Source: Azolla caroliniana (lineage: Eukaryota > Plantae > Polypodiophyta). Taken from it: 64,000 bases of DNA. The stretch is taken from the NCBI GenBank assembly GCA_043228905.1, contig JBHGNT010000003.1:23312001-23376000 (forward strand), given 5' to 3'. The notes under the pieces were generated by a model, which was given only the letters and a program-made list of their open reading frames with translations, made no database searches and was not told the DNA's origin. Of the stretch, positions 48,810-62,395 are shown in pieces; positions within the stretch are counted from its first letter, which is position 1; every line of letters starts with the position of its first letter. The position numbers were made by a program, and so were the translations under genes.

Positions 48810-49424
48810 ATGGAGAATTTATCAATTAATACAATCCCCATGATGAGGACCATGGTGGCATCCTTGTTATCCATTGCCATGATGATATCTTCAGTGAAAG
48901 CATTGTGTTCCAATGATGAGACATTGGCCCTTCTTGCCTTTAAAGCCGGTGTGGTCACAGATCCCACGGGCACTTTAGCCAATTGGTCGATCGCATCGTC
49001 CGACCAATCTACAGACTGTTGCACATGGAATGGGATCGTTTGCAATGCCACCACAGGGTCGATCACCGCCATCAATCTCTCGAATTCGTCTCTCTCCGGC
49101 ACCGTTGGATTCAACTCAACTACCTCTCTCTCCATCATTAGCTCATTGGACCTTTCGTACAACAACTTCTCAGGTTCGATCCCCGACGATCTCTCTAGCT
49201 TTACATCCCTCGAGTCTCTACTTTTGCAAAATAACTCGTTTGGAGGGATCATCCCAGTCACACTAATCTCATTGGCAACAAGTTTGACAACCATGGACCT
49301 ATCGTCCAATCAACTCTCGGGCGAAATCCCGCAAGCAGCCCCATTCACAAACTTTCCCGCATCTTCGTACGCTGACAATGCCGGGCTCTGCGGGACACCG
49401 CTGCCCACATGCCAAGGATACTAA
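48810..49424 (+). CDS. Secreted extracellular LRR-only protein (LRRNT, about 4 plant LRRs, C-cap), intronless
   Basis: Hydrophobic signal peptide, ALLAFK..DP...L.NW...CCTWNGIVC, LDLSYNNFSGSIP-type repeats, N.GLCG.PL..C cap; no TM or kinase domain. Confidence 0.9.
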   Translation: MENLSINTIPMMRTMVASLLSIAMMISSVKALCSNDETLALLAFKAGVVTDPTGTLANWSIASSDQSTDCCTWNGIVCNATTGSITAINLSNSSLSGTVGFNSTTSLSIISSLDLSYNNFSGSIPDDLSSFTSLESLLLQNNSFGGIIPVTLISLATSLTTMDLSSNQLSGEIPQAAPFTNFPASSYADNAGLCGTPLPTCQGY

Positions 49425-51332
49425 CCTCTCCATTGCTTATGCTAGAAAGAGAGAGTGAGACTTATAGAAAGAAATGCCAACATAGAGCATATACTACTTG
49501 TTATTATACAAATAGATATATGTATGTATATGTTACCATATCCATACATCATATCTTCCATCATATTATACTTTGTTTTAAGAATGGCTATATATTGTAT
49601 ACATTATACCTTACTATCCTTCACTAGAATGATAAATTCTTTCTACTGTTATTGGTCCTTGCCCTTCTAAGAGGCAAACTATTCTCACTTCCAAATTAAG
49701 CCATACACTTTGAATAACATAGATAAATAAACTCTTGCTCACTTTTAGTGGGTTTGTATTTTAACTAAATCGTAGATAGACATAACTTATTGTTACTTAA
49801 AACTTTATTTGGCCTCTATCAAGCCAATGCTTTTACTAATGTCTCTCTCTTCTTTAATTAGTTTTTGAGGAAATAAAATGTAATGACTCCAACAATGGTT
49901 AGGTCAAAATGTGTTTTTTTGTTATCATCAACAACGTATTTAACATAATTATTATTGTTCATTTCGTCCAAACAAAACTTAAGGCATGTCTATACTTGTT
50001 CGTGACCGTAGTAAGCATCAACTTTCTAGTTCTTGTAAAGGCAAAATACATTTCTATTTTATCGATATTGGGTCTCATCAATATTGGATAAACCAATACA
50101 TCTTCATAGTCATGACTCATCATCACATTGGCATTATTGAAATGCCCATGTAGCAAAGAGAAAGAACCCGTCATGTAGTTATGATTACACCCAAATGACA
50201 TAGTACACCCGTGATGACCAAACATACCCATGGTTCTCAATTCACGCGTAACACAATTTCTATCTAGATATTTGCATCAACTCTCAATGAATTCAAAAGT
50301 GACGTAACGAGTGAAATTGTGGCCTTCGTTGTCCAACACTTCAAATACAAAACTAATTCATTTTGATGAGGTGGAAAGAGCGCACTAGGAAACTAACAAT
50401 GCCAATTGACGTGTCACAAATATGGATATTTCCAAAGCTATCCATTGGGAATCCATTAATAGAGTTTGATATACACGAACAATGTCTAAGTGGGTCTTCC
50501 ATTTGTAATTTTGTTGGCATGAAAACTCTAAGAGCAAGTCTCAAGTTTCTATACATAAAAAACTCCACACAAAAACAATTGGTGTAAACATGTCGTATTC
50601 ATGGGGTAATATTGTCGTAATGAAGGTTCAATATTCTAATAATGAATAGTGGAGTTTGTAGAATGTTATCAATATTCGTAAGAGTGTTTTTCAACAACGA
50701 AATATTTCAAGAATAGATTTAAGTATTCTTGACAATGTGACTAGCACTTTGTAGAACCAATGAAAACATGTGTTGTTTCTTTAAGACAATTCTCATATTA
50801 ACATGTATGAACGGTTATTATAATTTTTTCTAGAGTTTTGTATTAATCAATATTACAGTCTATATGAAAAAATAATGTTTTTTAAAGGCAAAATCTATCA
50901 CAACCGAATTCTCATACCCAAATAGATTTCCATATAGGGTAGAGACTCACTAAGTTTTCTTTTATCTCAAAAATATTGTGAATTTCATGATCCAAGAAAA
51001 GATAATAGCCCCTTTTTCTACTTTATCTATACCTCTATCCTAATTTTGGACTAAGAGACATGCTATTGTAAAGGCATAAAAGTGATTATAGGCTCGCACT
51101 AGCCTACAATGATTGCCACTAGTTTATAGCTCTAGATACCTACTTACATTAAGTAGAAAGTAAGAGAGGATATGTACGCAGTCTCATATTCTTGAACTCG
51201 GCCGGGGGTGATTCCCCGTTTTCTTGTATAGTCTTTTGTAAGAATCTCTCCTAACTAATGGGAAAGTAACTAATGGGGAAAAAAAAACAGTGATTGTAGA
51301 TAACATGTCATTTTCACAATTCATCTAGATAT

Positions 51333-51846
51333 TGGCCCTAGTTTGGCTCAAACCAAATCGTTAAGTCAATGGTTTAACGATTTATCTTTTTGAATATAAT
51401 GAAATGGTTTGTTTGGTTTCAAATGTTATTAAATGGCCTAGTTTCAGTTTGGTTTGGTTGTAAAACTAGGATTTATCTGGTTATAGGTTTAAGTGGCTCA
51501 ATTTAGTGGTTTATTGGTGTTTTCTTGAATTTTCTTTTTTATTTAATAATTTAATTAATTTAACCAAAATGCTTGGTTAATTTAATAGTTTTTTTGTTTG
51601 TTTTTTTAATCAATTTGACTTAAATGGTTTGGTGCAGATTTGTGATTAAATGGTTCAATTTAGTTTCAACTTTTCCTTAAACGGTTCAGTGTCACCTTCC
51701 TTGTAAACAATTTGGTTTAAATGGCTTGATCTCAGCAATTTCGTTTAAATCATTTGGTAGTTCTTAACGGGTTCCTTTCAAATTTTATTATTTGTAGATC
51801 ATTTGGTTTGGTTTGGTTTCAAAGCCAAGAAACCAAATCGGGCCCA
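51333..51846. repeat. Degenerate GGTTT/AAACC-rich MITE-like repeat
   Basis: Imperfect inverted ends TGGCCCTAGTTTGG / CCAAATCGGGCCCA; no TSD. Confidence 0.35.
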
Positions 51847-54800
51847 TAAGTAAAAGAATATGTGGTGCAAAATTGTTTTATGATTTATATTAGAATCAAG
51901 ATAATATGGCGGAATTCAAGAACTTAGGCAATCCAAATTATTCATGAATGTCATTAAGGATGTTACCTTTTCCAAAGAAATCAATGACCGTTCAAAGTCT
52001 TAAGAAAACATGCCCTAGTGGAAACATGTTGAAATACTTTCACAACGACACAATAAATGAGACTCCGTATCATTCTTGCTCTTCCCAAATACCTAAATAT
52101 GATTTTTATTTGCCAATAAACAACCATGACACTAATCAATTAACACTACTAAACCATATCATTGCTCAATGAGAATTGTGTTATGTCACATGAGATGTGG
52201 AATGGTAGATGTTGCATTGAAAGGGAAACAAATGGGAAATGTTGTGTAAAAAATAATAAAGAAAACAATGGAATATCAAGACGAGACAATGATCCTTAGA
52301 TAAGTGTTGGAGGTACTTGACTTAGTGAAAAGGCATCCTTATTTGAATTGCACTCCAATTGTCTGCCTTATACAAGCATCAAAGAATTGGTTCCAAAGTG
52401 CTAGCTACCATAGTATGTGTATGTGATGGTGGCATAATATATGTTTCTTGCAATTATATCATGTGGTCATGTGCATTCTATTGTTCATGGTCAACGTACA
52501 ATCATATATGTTTGGACTATGAAGAAAGTATACAACATAAGTGGGGATGTCGCATTGTTCATCATATTCGAATGATCTAAGGGGAAAATAGTGCTCTTTA
52601 TTTAAGTATCCATGCAATGATTTCAATGCTCTCTCTTCCTAATCCTTAATGAGCATCACAATGCTCATGAAGAAGCTTCCTTTTAGACATGAATAGTAGT
52701 ACTTGCTAATCAAGGTCAGATTCGTCCTTGGTGGATTATGTAAATGGCATGCCAAAGTGGTGTTACAACTTACACCATGCCATAATGGTTATTTCCACCT
52801 TGGCAACCCAACTCGAAAGGTACATGGTATTTTTTTGAAATTTTACATAGTGCAGGATGATAAACACATATTGGGGTAATGTGGTTGAATGTCTATGATG
52901 ACATTTTTGTTGTACATATTGGAGTGTAAAGACACTCTACCTAACTAATGTGAAGTATCTATTTATAATAGTAGTAGTAGTAGTACTTGCTAATTGTTTT
53001 TTGAAGTTTTTTGTAAAGGTTTTATGAACTTATATAATGGAGAGTTATTGGAATATTGATTTCATATTTTTTTTTGGTTTGTGTGGTTTTGCACAACTAT
53101 CAAATCACATTTTTGTTTGCTCATAGGCCCCCCTCCTCTTCCATGTAATGACCTTTATATTCATTTATTATTCCTTGTCTCTCCCTGCTCTCCCCTCTTA
53201 CAAATCTTGAGCTAAGGTTGTTGTTTCACTCTCATCTCAGCATCATGACATTCTCCAAATCTTTTCGAGTTGTGATCCAACATATTGTGCATGTTCCACA
53301 CCAAGTCCATGTTTGTTCACATGGGCATAGGGACTAATTTTAGTTCCACCACACCATAGAGGAGAAGGACAGAAAATTACACGTTTAGTTTTAGTGTTCA
53401 AACGAGTCATGTGATTTAAGATATTGGAACGTTCCTTTTTGTTGTTATGCTCCTTGACCATAATTAAAAAACAAAACAAGTGGTTCACACGGTAGTGCAT
53501 GCATAATGCAAGATGCATTTAGGTCAGGGTGCATAAATTTGATTCTATAAGGTGGATGGAAATAGACATATTGGGTATACAAATCTTGAAGGATGATATG
53601 TTTTTGTTTTTAATATAGAAACAAAATTTATATCATGCACAAAAGGAATGTTGTATGTATGCATGCATGTATGCACATACATACATATGTATGTATAATG
53701 TATGTATGTGTGTATGTGTGTATGTATGTATCACATATTTGAATCAATTAAACCATAAACAATGCTAATACAATATACTATATCATAATCTATAGAAAAA
53801 CTTGAAACTACCCCTTTATTTATGCTTAATTCCTAAAATGCCCTTAAATTTTGGTTGTATGCCCAAATGCTCTTTACTCTATCTAAAGTAATATCTTAGT
53901 CCCCTCAATAATTTGTGTTGTGTACACATTATATTGTTATTGGTATTAGTGTCTTTTATGTAATGCCTTGTTGTTCTATGTTATTTTTGTCTTGTCCATA
54001 GTACCTCATAATATTTTTTTCTATGGAATTATTAGCACTATTGCTTTAAGTGTCTTGCACATAATACCTCATTGATGTTGTAAAAAAGACCTCGTTGTTG
54101 CATTAAATTTGCTTTATCTTCAATACTTTGATGTTGTTGTTGGTGGTTATTGTTGTTGTCAATGTCTCTATCTTGTCAATCCCATTTGGTTTCTAATGAT
54201 CAAATTCTAATAATGCAGTGCTTGTTGAGAATGTTCTTATCTTATCTCCTTTATCTTTTAGAAGCATTGAAACCCCAACAATTCAAAACACGTTTGCTTG
54301 AAAAAAGGCAACGTCTTGCCCATTCGTGCAAAACCCTAGGCTTGCATCGTGGAGAAGTGTTCTTGAGATGGAGGTATTGAAGCTTTTTGGATTATGGTAA
54401 ACTAGGTCAACATAAGTGGGCTGGTGGGTGATGGTAGCTTTGGTGGTAGCCTAGTAGGGTGTGAAGGCTAGAGTAGCTAGATTCTATTTGCTCTTCCCAA
54501 TAGAAAGACGTGTTACTTTAGGCTTCTCTGAACACAACTTGTCTACCACATGAGGTGTCTCCCTCATTGAGACTTTCCAAAGCATTATATGTTTCCCTTT
54601 TTCAAAGTAAATAGTAGGCACTAATATGGTTCATCTTCTCCACAACTACTATCATTGTGGCATTTGGTGCATAAATCCATGACACACAAGAACCAACTAG
54701 ATGTTCTTTTCTTTCCCGTCTCGCAAAATGATTTTCATGTTGAACATTTGGAATGAAGTGCAATATTTTCCACACTACATATGATATGCAACAAGGGAAA

Positions 54801-56152
54801 ATATATACAAATGACTAATTTTTAAGCAAGGAAATTTTTAAGGCCAATGTTAATTGTAGTCATGGGATTTTGCTAGGATTCTTGACAACCCAAGTAATTT
54901 GATGACACACTATTTAGTAACAAACAATGTTATTCTCGATTGATTGTTATTCGAAGTTATCGAGTAGTTGGGATCAATTATGAACCGTCCCCAACAAGAA
55001 GGATTTGATGTTTTGGTATACCTACCTAAATTCTATAAATAACGATCGATTGAGTTGCATAAACCTAAATTAATGCTTGGGAGCTTAATTAAAGAAAAAA
55101 ATCATGTTACGGCTTGTAGAAAATGATGATTCGTAGCATTATGTTACTCCAACAACATCAAAGATAAGTGAAGAATATGATATAAGTAAAGGCACTCCTC
55201 CTTGACTTAATTGATAAGTATGCCAAATTGGCCTACACCATTCTCGATTGATCAGTTACCATATTTTATTTAACAAATTATGCTTTTCTTAAAGAATCAC
55301 CCCTATCAAATGTAGATTTAGTAGTAAGTTAGTCATGCCATGTTAATGAAAACAACATGTATTTTCTAATGTGACCTCATACAAAACTTCGATGGATGGC
55401 ACGTTGTGCATACGAGAGATTGGAATGTCATTTTTGAAGTGCATTGGCTAGCTGAACCTTCACGTTTAGAATGGGCTATTCTTTAGTGAGACGGGCTTTG
55501 TATAATACAAACAATGGATTGACCACATGGCCGTGATAGAATGACAATATGTTGGTTCATTGCAAACCAAGTATATAATCCAATATATCTTCTTTCATTT
55601 GTGGACTTTGATTATGTTTGTTGTGGTTCAAGCCTCAACTTATGACACACTCTTTTAGATAGTGAGCCCCAAGATGTATTCGAAAGATTACAAGTACATA
55701 TTTACAACAATAGAACATTCATCGGGCAAGAAATAGGGAAGTCCTATAAATGTCATGCTTAACATTGAAATCAATAAGAATGTATATTGGATAAGTGCAC
55801 TCTCAAGTCGGTAATGTAGCAAAGAAACAAATATTCAGACAATGAAATTTCTTGCAACACAATGACATCATAATTGTTTGTCTGTTGTAAACATTCATCT
55901 GGATGAGCAACTTTAACTCGAACAAGGAAACATTAGGTACATTTTGTGGGATGAACCAAGAATTTTGTCAATGATCACGGACACAAACTTCTAGGTAAAC
56001 AAGTTGGATTTTATACTTCATGTACATCCAAATCACGAAGTGTGTCCGATTCAAACGGAAACAAAGACAAATGAACAAAAGATGGACTAAATTGATCAGA
56101 AATAGATATGGTTTATCAATATACCTTCTTGGATGTATCTTCCTCCAGAAAT

Positions 56153-56209
<57 letters not shown>

Positions 56210-58237
56210 ACTCACAAAAACATTAAAAAAGCAACAACTTGACGCATATATCTTTTTTCTTTGAAATATGAGGATTTTGTTTGTTTACAAGTTATTAGAA
56301 ATAACAGGTGCCCTCTTTGTTACTTGGTCAATTTAATCTTTGTTTTGTTCTTTTGAATGTTAGGAAATCAAATCTTTTGTATTATATATGTAAAGCAAAA
56401 CCCATATCTTCTGTGGATATGAATAAATCGATCCCAACTTGTCTGTATAGCATAAAGAAATCTGTATGATGTACATGCACAAGTGTCTCTGTTTTTATGA
56501 GAACTTACAAAAGAAAACAAAATTTGCTTTTAACTGATTTTATTTTATTTGCTAGCTCATTCGAGAGAGTTCAATCGCAACTTCTCAATTTTCTATGAAA
56601 TATTATACCCCATTCAAGAACAAGTTCCTCTATTTTTTTCTTCTCAGCCAGCGTAATAAAAGAAATCAAATTGATTTTAGCTTTTTGGGCTCTTTACTTG
56701 TGGAAGACCAAGAATCAATTGCTTTTTAGATTTTTCTTCCTTCTTTGTGTCATTATGCCTTAAAGAATTATTGATTCAAGAAAATTTCAATTTTAACTCT
56801 TCTATATTCCTCGTGTCTTCAATGTGCCAACATATGTAAAATGAAATTGGAAGAAAATGTTGCTTTATGGTATTTTAATTTCAGTAAAAAGAAAACCATA
56901 ACAATTTTCAATATCTTATTTCTTTGGTATAATTCTGTAGAATGTTAAACATATTGTGATTAATGAGAAGGTAAGAAAAAATAAAAAAGAAACCTTAAAA
57001 GCTGTTTCCAGCCCATCGCAAAAACCTGACGTTAAAGATTCTGTTATCAGAGTCAAAGCTTCAGATAAACAATGGGCTCATGGAGATGAGATTCATCAAA
57101 CAGTTTTTTATGCTTTTTGAAGAAACCTTGAGTTTTGAACTCCTTATCACTGCCAGACAACTGATAAAGGTATCTATATCACTTGAATTGAACAATGGCA
57201 ATGACAAAGAAAGATGAAATTTTACACACATATGGATAAGGTCAGATAATTACTCGAGAGAGATGATTGTGTATGTATGTATGATGGGTTCATAGATTAA
57301 ATTATTATCCAACCTTTTCTTGAGTAAATGCCATTTTGGACAATGGAGGCCATTGTTTTTCTCAATGCTTGCACGCTGTTGTACGCTGTGAAAGAGTTAA
57401 GGAAGTTTTAAGAAAAATGAGTTTGAAGTTATCATCAATTTTCCTTCTGAAAGATAAGGGAGCATAAACAGTAATGAGGTTTACAAATTACAACAATAAT
57501 TAGTTTAGAATCATTAAAAAAACAGAAAAGAAACTTTTCATTTCACTCAATTTTGTGTGCAACAGTGTAAAACAAACAAAAGATGAGATGATACAGAAAC
57601 TTAAACTTAAATTCTATGTTTAAAAGCGCGAAACATATTTTTGCTTCTTCGGAACAAAAATTGTGAGCAAGAAAGTAGGATAGCATGGTAGTAATCATAC
57701 TGCTCACACATTGCAAGTATAAAAAGATAGCCCATTGGAAAAGCATGCATTTTCATTTGAACAACATTGCCAAAAGCAAAGTAGTCTTAACATTATTTTC
57801 ACACATTCAGGTATTATAGACTTATTGTGGAAGCACATTTTCCCTGTTTTTTTAGACAAAAATGTGAGCAAGATAAATTTTAGCAAGTAATTGATGAAAA
57901 GGAAGAATCAATATTGAAAAATGGCATTTAATTTGCTCAAAATACAACATTAATGTAAATGATGCTGCAAATGAAAAAACTGGGGTGGCATTTCAATTTA
58001 GTAATCCCATTACACTTGCAAGGGACTATACAAACTTCTCTTAAGAAAGCATATCTTTCTCCTCATGGAAGCACAAGCTTGTCTCAAAATATCTACAAAG
58101 TAGGATTTTCATTTGCCTATAGCTCTGGGAATACACAATGAGATAATAAAAAAAATTGAAGGCACCAAATACCACATAAGAAGAGGATATATATCAATAT
58201 ATGTGGGTATATATCTATGGGTATGCATCTTTTTTAA

Positions 58238-59858
58238 TCAAGCAAAAGCTAATACATTCCTAGGAGCATCCGGATTAGCAGATAAAAAGCCCTCAATGCG
58301 TACACGGGGTTTCGACCCATAGGGTGTACCACAAGAAGACTTCTTTAAGGATGTGCTTCCACCAGAGCTACAGGAAAATCTCTTCTCAACATAAAATGGT
58401 GAAGGTGTGTCTTTCTTTTGTATGAACTGTACATCATTTACAATTGGATTGTGTGCACGAGCCGGAGGTGACCCATAAAAGCAAGAAACAGGGGACCCTG
58501 AGACACCAGCATCTATACAAGCCTGCACATAATACAAGACCCAAAGGCAATGTTCACAACAGCATTATGTAATGCATGCATGTGTATATGTATGTTTGCA
58601 TATGTTTATATATAGGAACTGCTTGTATTTGATCACAATTGGTAAGTTATGGGGACTCAGGTCACAATTTCAAAACCCATGCTCTCACCCATCACCCTCT
58701 TCTAATATTAGCAATAGAGCCCCATTTAAGACATAATTATTGCTTGCAAATTTACTGATGGACTAACCTTCACAAATCCATAAGCGAGTGCAATAACTTA
58801 AATATTCGACAACCTTTCGAATGCTACATTCAGCCTATATTCTTGTTTGTGCAGTGCAATTATTTAACGTTTGTTATCTAGTTAGTATCAGCAGCATTAC
58901 AATGTAATATCTGCAAAAATATGAAGATTCATGGTACCTTTCTTGAAAGAATCTCCAGAATCTCATGTCCTGCATCTTCATCTTCAGAGAACAAAAAAGA
59001 ATCCCTGTATTTAGATGAAGAGAAAATAGACAAATAAAAGTTAGAACTGACATTTGGCTTATGCTTCAAAGACTAAAACAATGAAACGAGGGGAAAAATA
59101 AAACTGTTTCAAAAATATAATACTCAAAATTGGAAGATAAAAATTTGTGGTTTATGTTAAACATATTGCAGGGTTAAAAAAACAGTGTTCCACAGACAAA
59201 TATAATACTCGAATGATAAAGAAAATAGCGTTTCATAGACAAATGTAAGTTAAACATGAAGAGAAAAAAAACTTTGCAAAACTGTTTAAAGACAAACACA
59301 ATGCTCATTCAAAAATGAAGATAAAAAGGGTACTAAAAACCAAACTCAAATTAAAGGGCTAAAAAAACAGTGTTCCACAGGCAAATATAACATTCAAAAG
59401 ATAAAGAAAATGGTGTTTGAAAGACAAATCTAAAGTTTAACCATGAAGAGAAAACAAAACCTTAGAAAACTGTTCAAAGACATACAATGTTCATTTCAAA
59501 ATTGAAGGATAAAAACTGTTTCAAATCGTCAAAACCCATGCTCAAAAATGAAAAAAAAGAGGAGAAAGAAGAGAAAGTTCTGACTAAAATGTAAAGCATC
59601 AAGTGATTCATGGAAATTTCTATAGCTCCTGGGGCTTTAAGAGGGTGTCAAAGAGAGAACAAATCAAATTAAATAGCTATGGTGGTTCAAAAGTAAGAAG
59701 AGGGCAGAGAAAGGTGCTCACCGAGGTAGCGTGTCGGCCGATCTCTCGATGATACGTAAGGCTCCAGCAGGGAACATGCGTGCCGCCACACGCCGAGGCT
59801 TTGGGCATGACACAATTTCTTTCGCTATCTCCTTCTTCAGCGATGCTCTAAGACTCAT
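58238..59858 (-). CDS. Uncharacterised plant-specific protein, At1g13390/At5g16110-like family (about 162 aa); exons 59858-59722, 59004-58938, 58522-58238
   Basis: GT-AG introns keep frame (137+67+285 nt); motifs SCPKPRR, AGHEILEIL, FYGSPPARAHNPIVND.QF, PRVRIEGF; family assignment recalled from motifs. Confidence 0.88.
59170..59515. repeat. Diverged intronic tandem duplication (about 186-bp period)
   Basis: Two copies of AAAAAACAGTGTTCCACAG...CATGAAGAGAAAA...GATAAAA. Confidence 0.7.
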
Positions 59859-59901
59859 TTTTCCCACACATCCAAAATGTAGCGTGACTCTTGACAACAA
59901 A

Positions 59902-61371
59902 CTGAAAATGAGATTTGGGGTTATAAGATTTCCCTCATACAGATAAGCATCTGTTAATCATCCTCATCTACACAAAGATGCCACAAAGAATCCATAAATA
60001 TAATTGATCCAGTAACCCAAAGAAGAAGAAGAAATCACATATAAACATTAAGAGAAGTCACATATTCATAAAGCCAATGGTGATGCATAATGTACTTCAA
60101 ATGTTGCTATCAAGAACTTTATGTAAGAATTGGATCCAAAGTGCATGGACGGTTGAGTACATCATGTATGCATCTGTGAATATATTATCTCTGTAATAAA
60201 TGCATGCATGTATGATACTTCTATGAATGCCTGCATGCATTGATACATCAAACGTATGCATGAATAGATGTAAGCTTGCATGTATGGATGGATGGATGGA
60301 TGGATGGATGGTTTATGATGAAGTCAATTGAAGGAAATTGAGCCAGAGTCTAACCAAATGTAGAAGTGTTATCAAATTACATGAATCTGGGATAGACATA
60401 AAGTCACAAATCCACTTAAAACTGTAGCAAGAGCTTAGTTCAAAATGGCTAACAAAGATCATGAATCACGGACAAAGTCATAAAACTAATGGTAATAGAT
60501 AATCTATTTTAAAATAGTTGCAAGAGCTTGGTCGTGAATGGTTATCAAAGTGCACGAGTCATGCACAAAATATTAGAAAGAATTTAGTCAAGAATGTATA
60601 TGAAAGTGCATGAATCATGAGCAGTTATTGTCCTTAAAGTAACAGGAAGAAACTTAGTTAACAATATTCTATCAAAGTGCATGCATCATGGAGGTCCATA
60701 AAGCCCATCGTAATCAGTAATGTCATTAAAACTATTACCAAGAACTAAGACCTGAATGGCTGTAACATAAACTACATGCATAAATATACTTAAATATATA
60801 CGCATTATGATGAACGTCAAATGAAGGAATTTGTGCAAATTTCTGACCAAATATGAGAGAAGGGGAAGCAAAACCATGCTTAAGATTCTTACTTGACAAA
60901 GAGTAACCATCCCGGATTTGTCAAAAACAAGAAAACAAATTGGAAGGCAAATAAAGGGAGCACAAGAAATCAGAGGTACTTAAGGGAAGAAAACAAGTAA
61001 AGTGCCCACATTAAAACGTCAAATATAATGATGATATGAAGCAAGCCAATCTAACTGCTAGGGAGATAGGCAAGACAAAAAAAGCAGGGGATGGAAGCAC
61101 ATAGAATTCTTTTTTGTGTAAGGCTAATGAATTAATTGCAGCAGGGTTTGAAAGGACCCAACAATGATGATGATAACTTATAAGGAGCAAATCGATCTAA
61201 ATGCTAGGGAGGAAGGCAAGACAAAAAGGAAAACAGGAGAAAGTAAGCACATAGAATCCTTTTTGGGTAAGGTTAATTATAAGGCTTCAAAGGACCCAAA
61301 AAACATTTATTGATCTTTGGTGTGGGGGGTGGAGGTTAGTAGCAGAGGGAGGAATAAAGAGAGAAGTCTCT

Positions 61372-61409
<38 letters not shown>

Positions 61410-61666
61410 ACATATACACATACATACATGTATACATACATACATAACTACCATGTATACATACATACATACATAACTACATGTAACATAACTACACCCT
61501 TTGGTTCAGGCTTCAAAAATGCATTCATTTTAAACCTGAGAGTGAGGTGAAAATCCACAAGGCATGTTTTGCTCCCACTGTTGTTGACCTGCAAAACATA
61601 CATACACATGCATTCACAGACATATGTATATACAATACATATACATACATTCACATATGTGCATGC

Positions 61667-61700
<34 letters not shown>

Positions 61701-62395
61701 CTATATATGTATGTATGTGTATCTTGGGTACCTACAGAAGAACGTTACTTGTACTTCTACGTTGATATTACTCTTTCTCTCTCTCTCTCTCTCTATTCTA
61801 TCTCAGAATTTCAAATACCCACATGTCTCTTTCACTTTTTCTGTCAGATCTTAATGAATGCCCATCCATCTCTATCTCTATCTCTATCTCTATCTCCCCT
61901 CTACATACATATTTTTCTCTGTCTCTTTGCATACACACATGTCAGGACTCAGGACTCGGCACTCATCGATCCAATTAATAATGTAAATGTGGGTGCGTTT
62001 ACCAAAAGTTACAGACACAGAGTGGAGGGAGAGAGAGAGAGTGTGTGTGTGTGTGTGTGTGTGGTGTGTGTGTACTACTCACATGTCACGCATTCACGAG
62101 ATAAACCTGATTCACTGGAAAATAGAGAGAGAGAGAGGAACAGAGGAGACACAGAGAAGAAAGAGAAAGAGAGAGATTAACAAGAATCACACAACAAACA
62201 AACCAAAGAGTCTCATTCTGTGAAAATTCCAAGAGAAATTAATTGATAATCACCCAAAATACCCCTCCCAAAATCCCCCCCCCCAATTTACCCCCCACCT
62301 TTCATTGTTTCCATTAGACCCCCCCATTACTCCTCTTCTCCGAAGCCTTCTCTTTTCCGAACCCGCCCATCATCTGCTCTCATTCATTCCGTTAC
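59902..62395 (-). other. Putative long 5'-UTR intron
   Basis: Acceptor TTTTCAG 43 nt upstream of the ATG; candidate donor GAG|GTAACG at 62395; donor position uncertain. Confidence 0.4.

Noticed and set aside
48806-49309. 167-aa antisense ORF
   Set aside because: Shadow frame of the LRR gene with no independent motifs
61317-62223. ORFs of 68-203 aa
   Set aside because: Produced by CT/CA/TACA microsatellites
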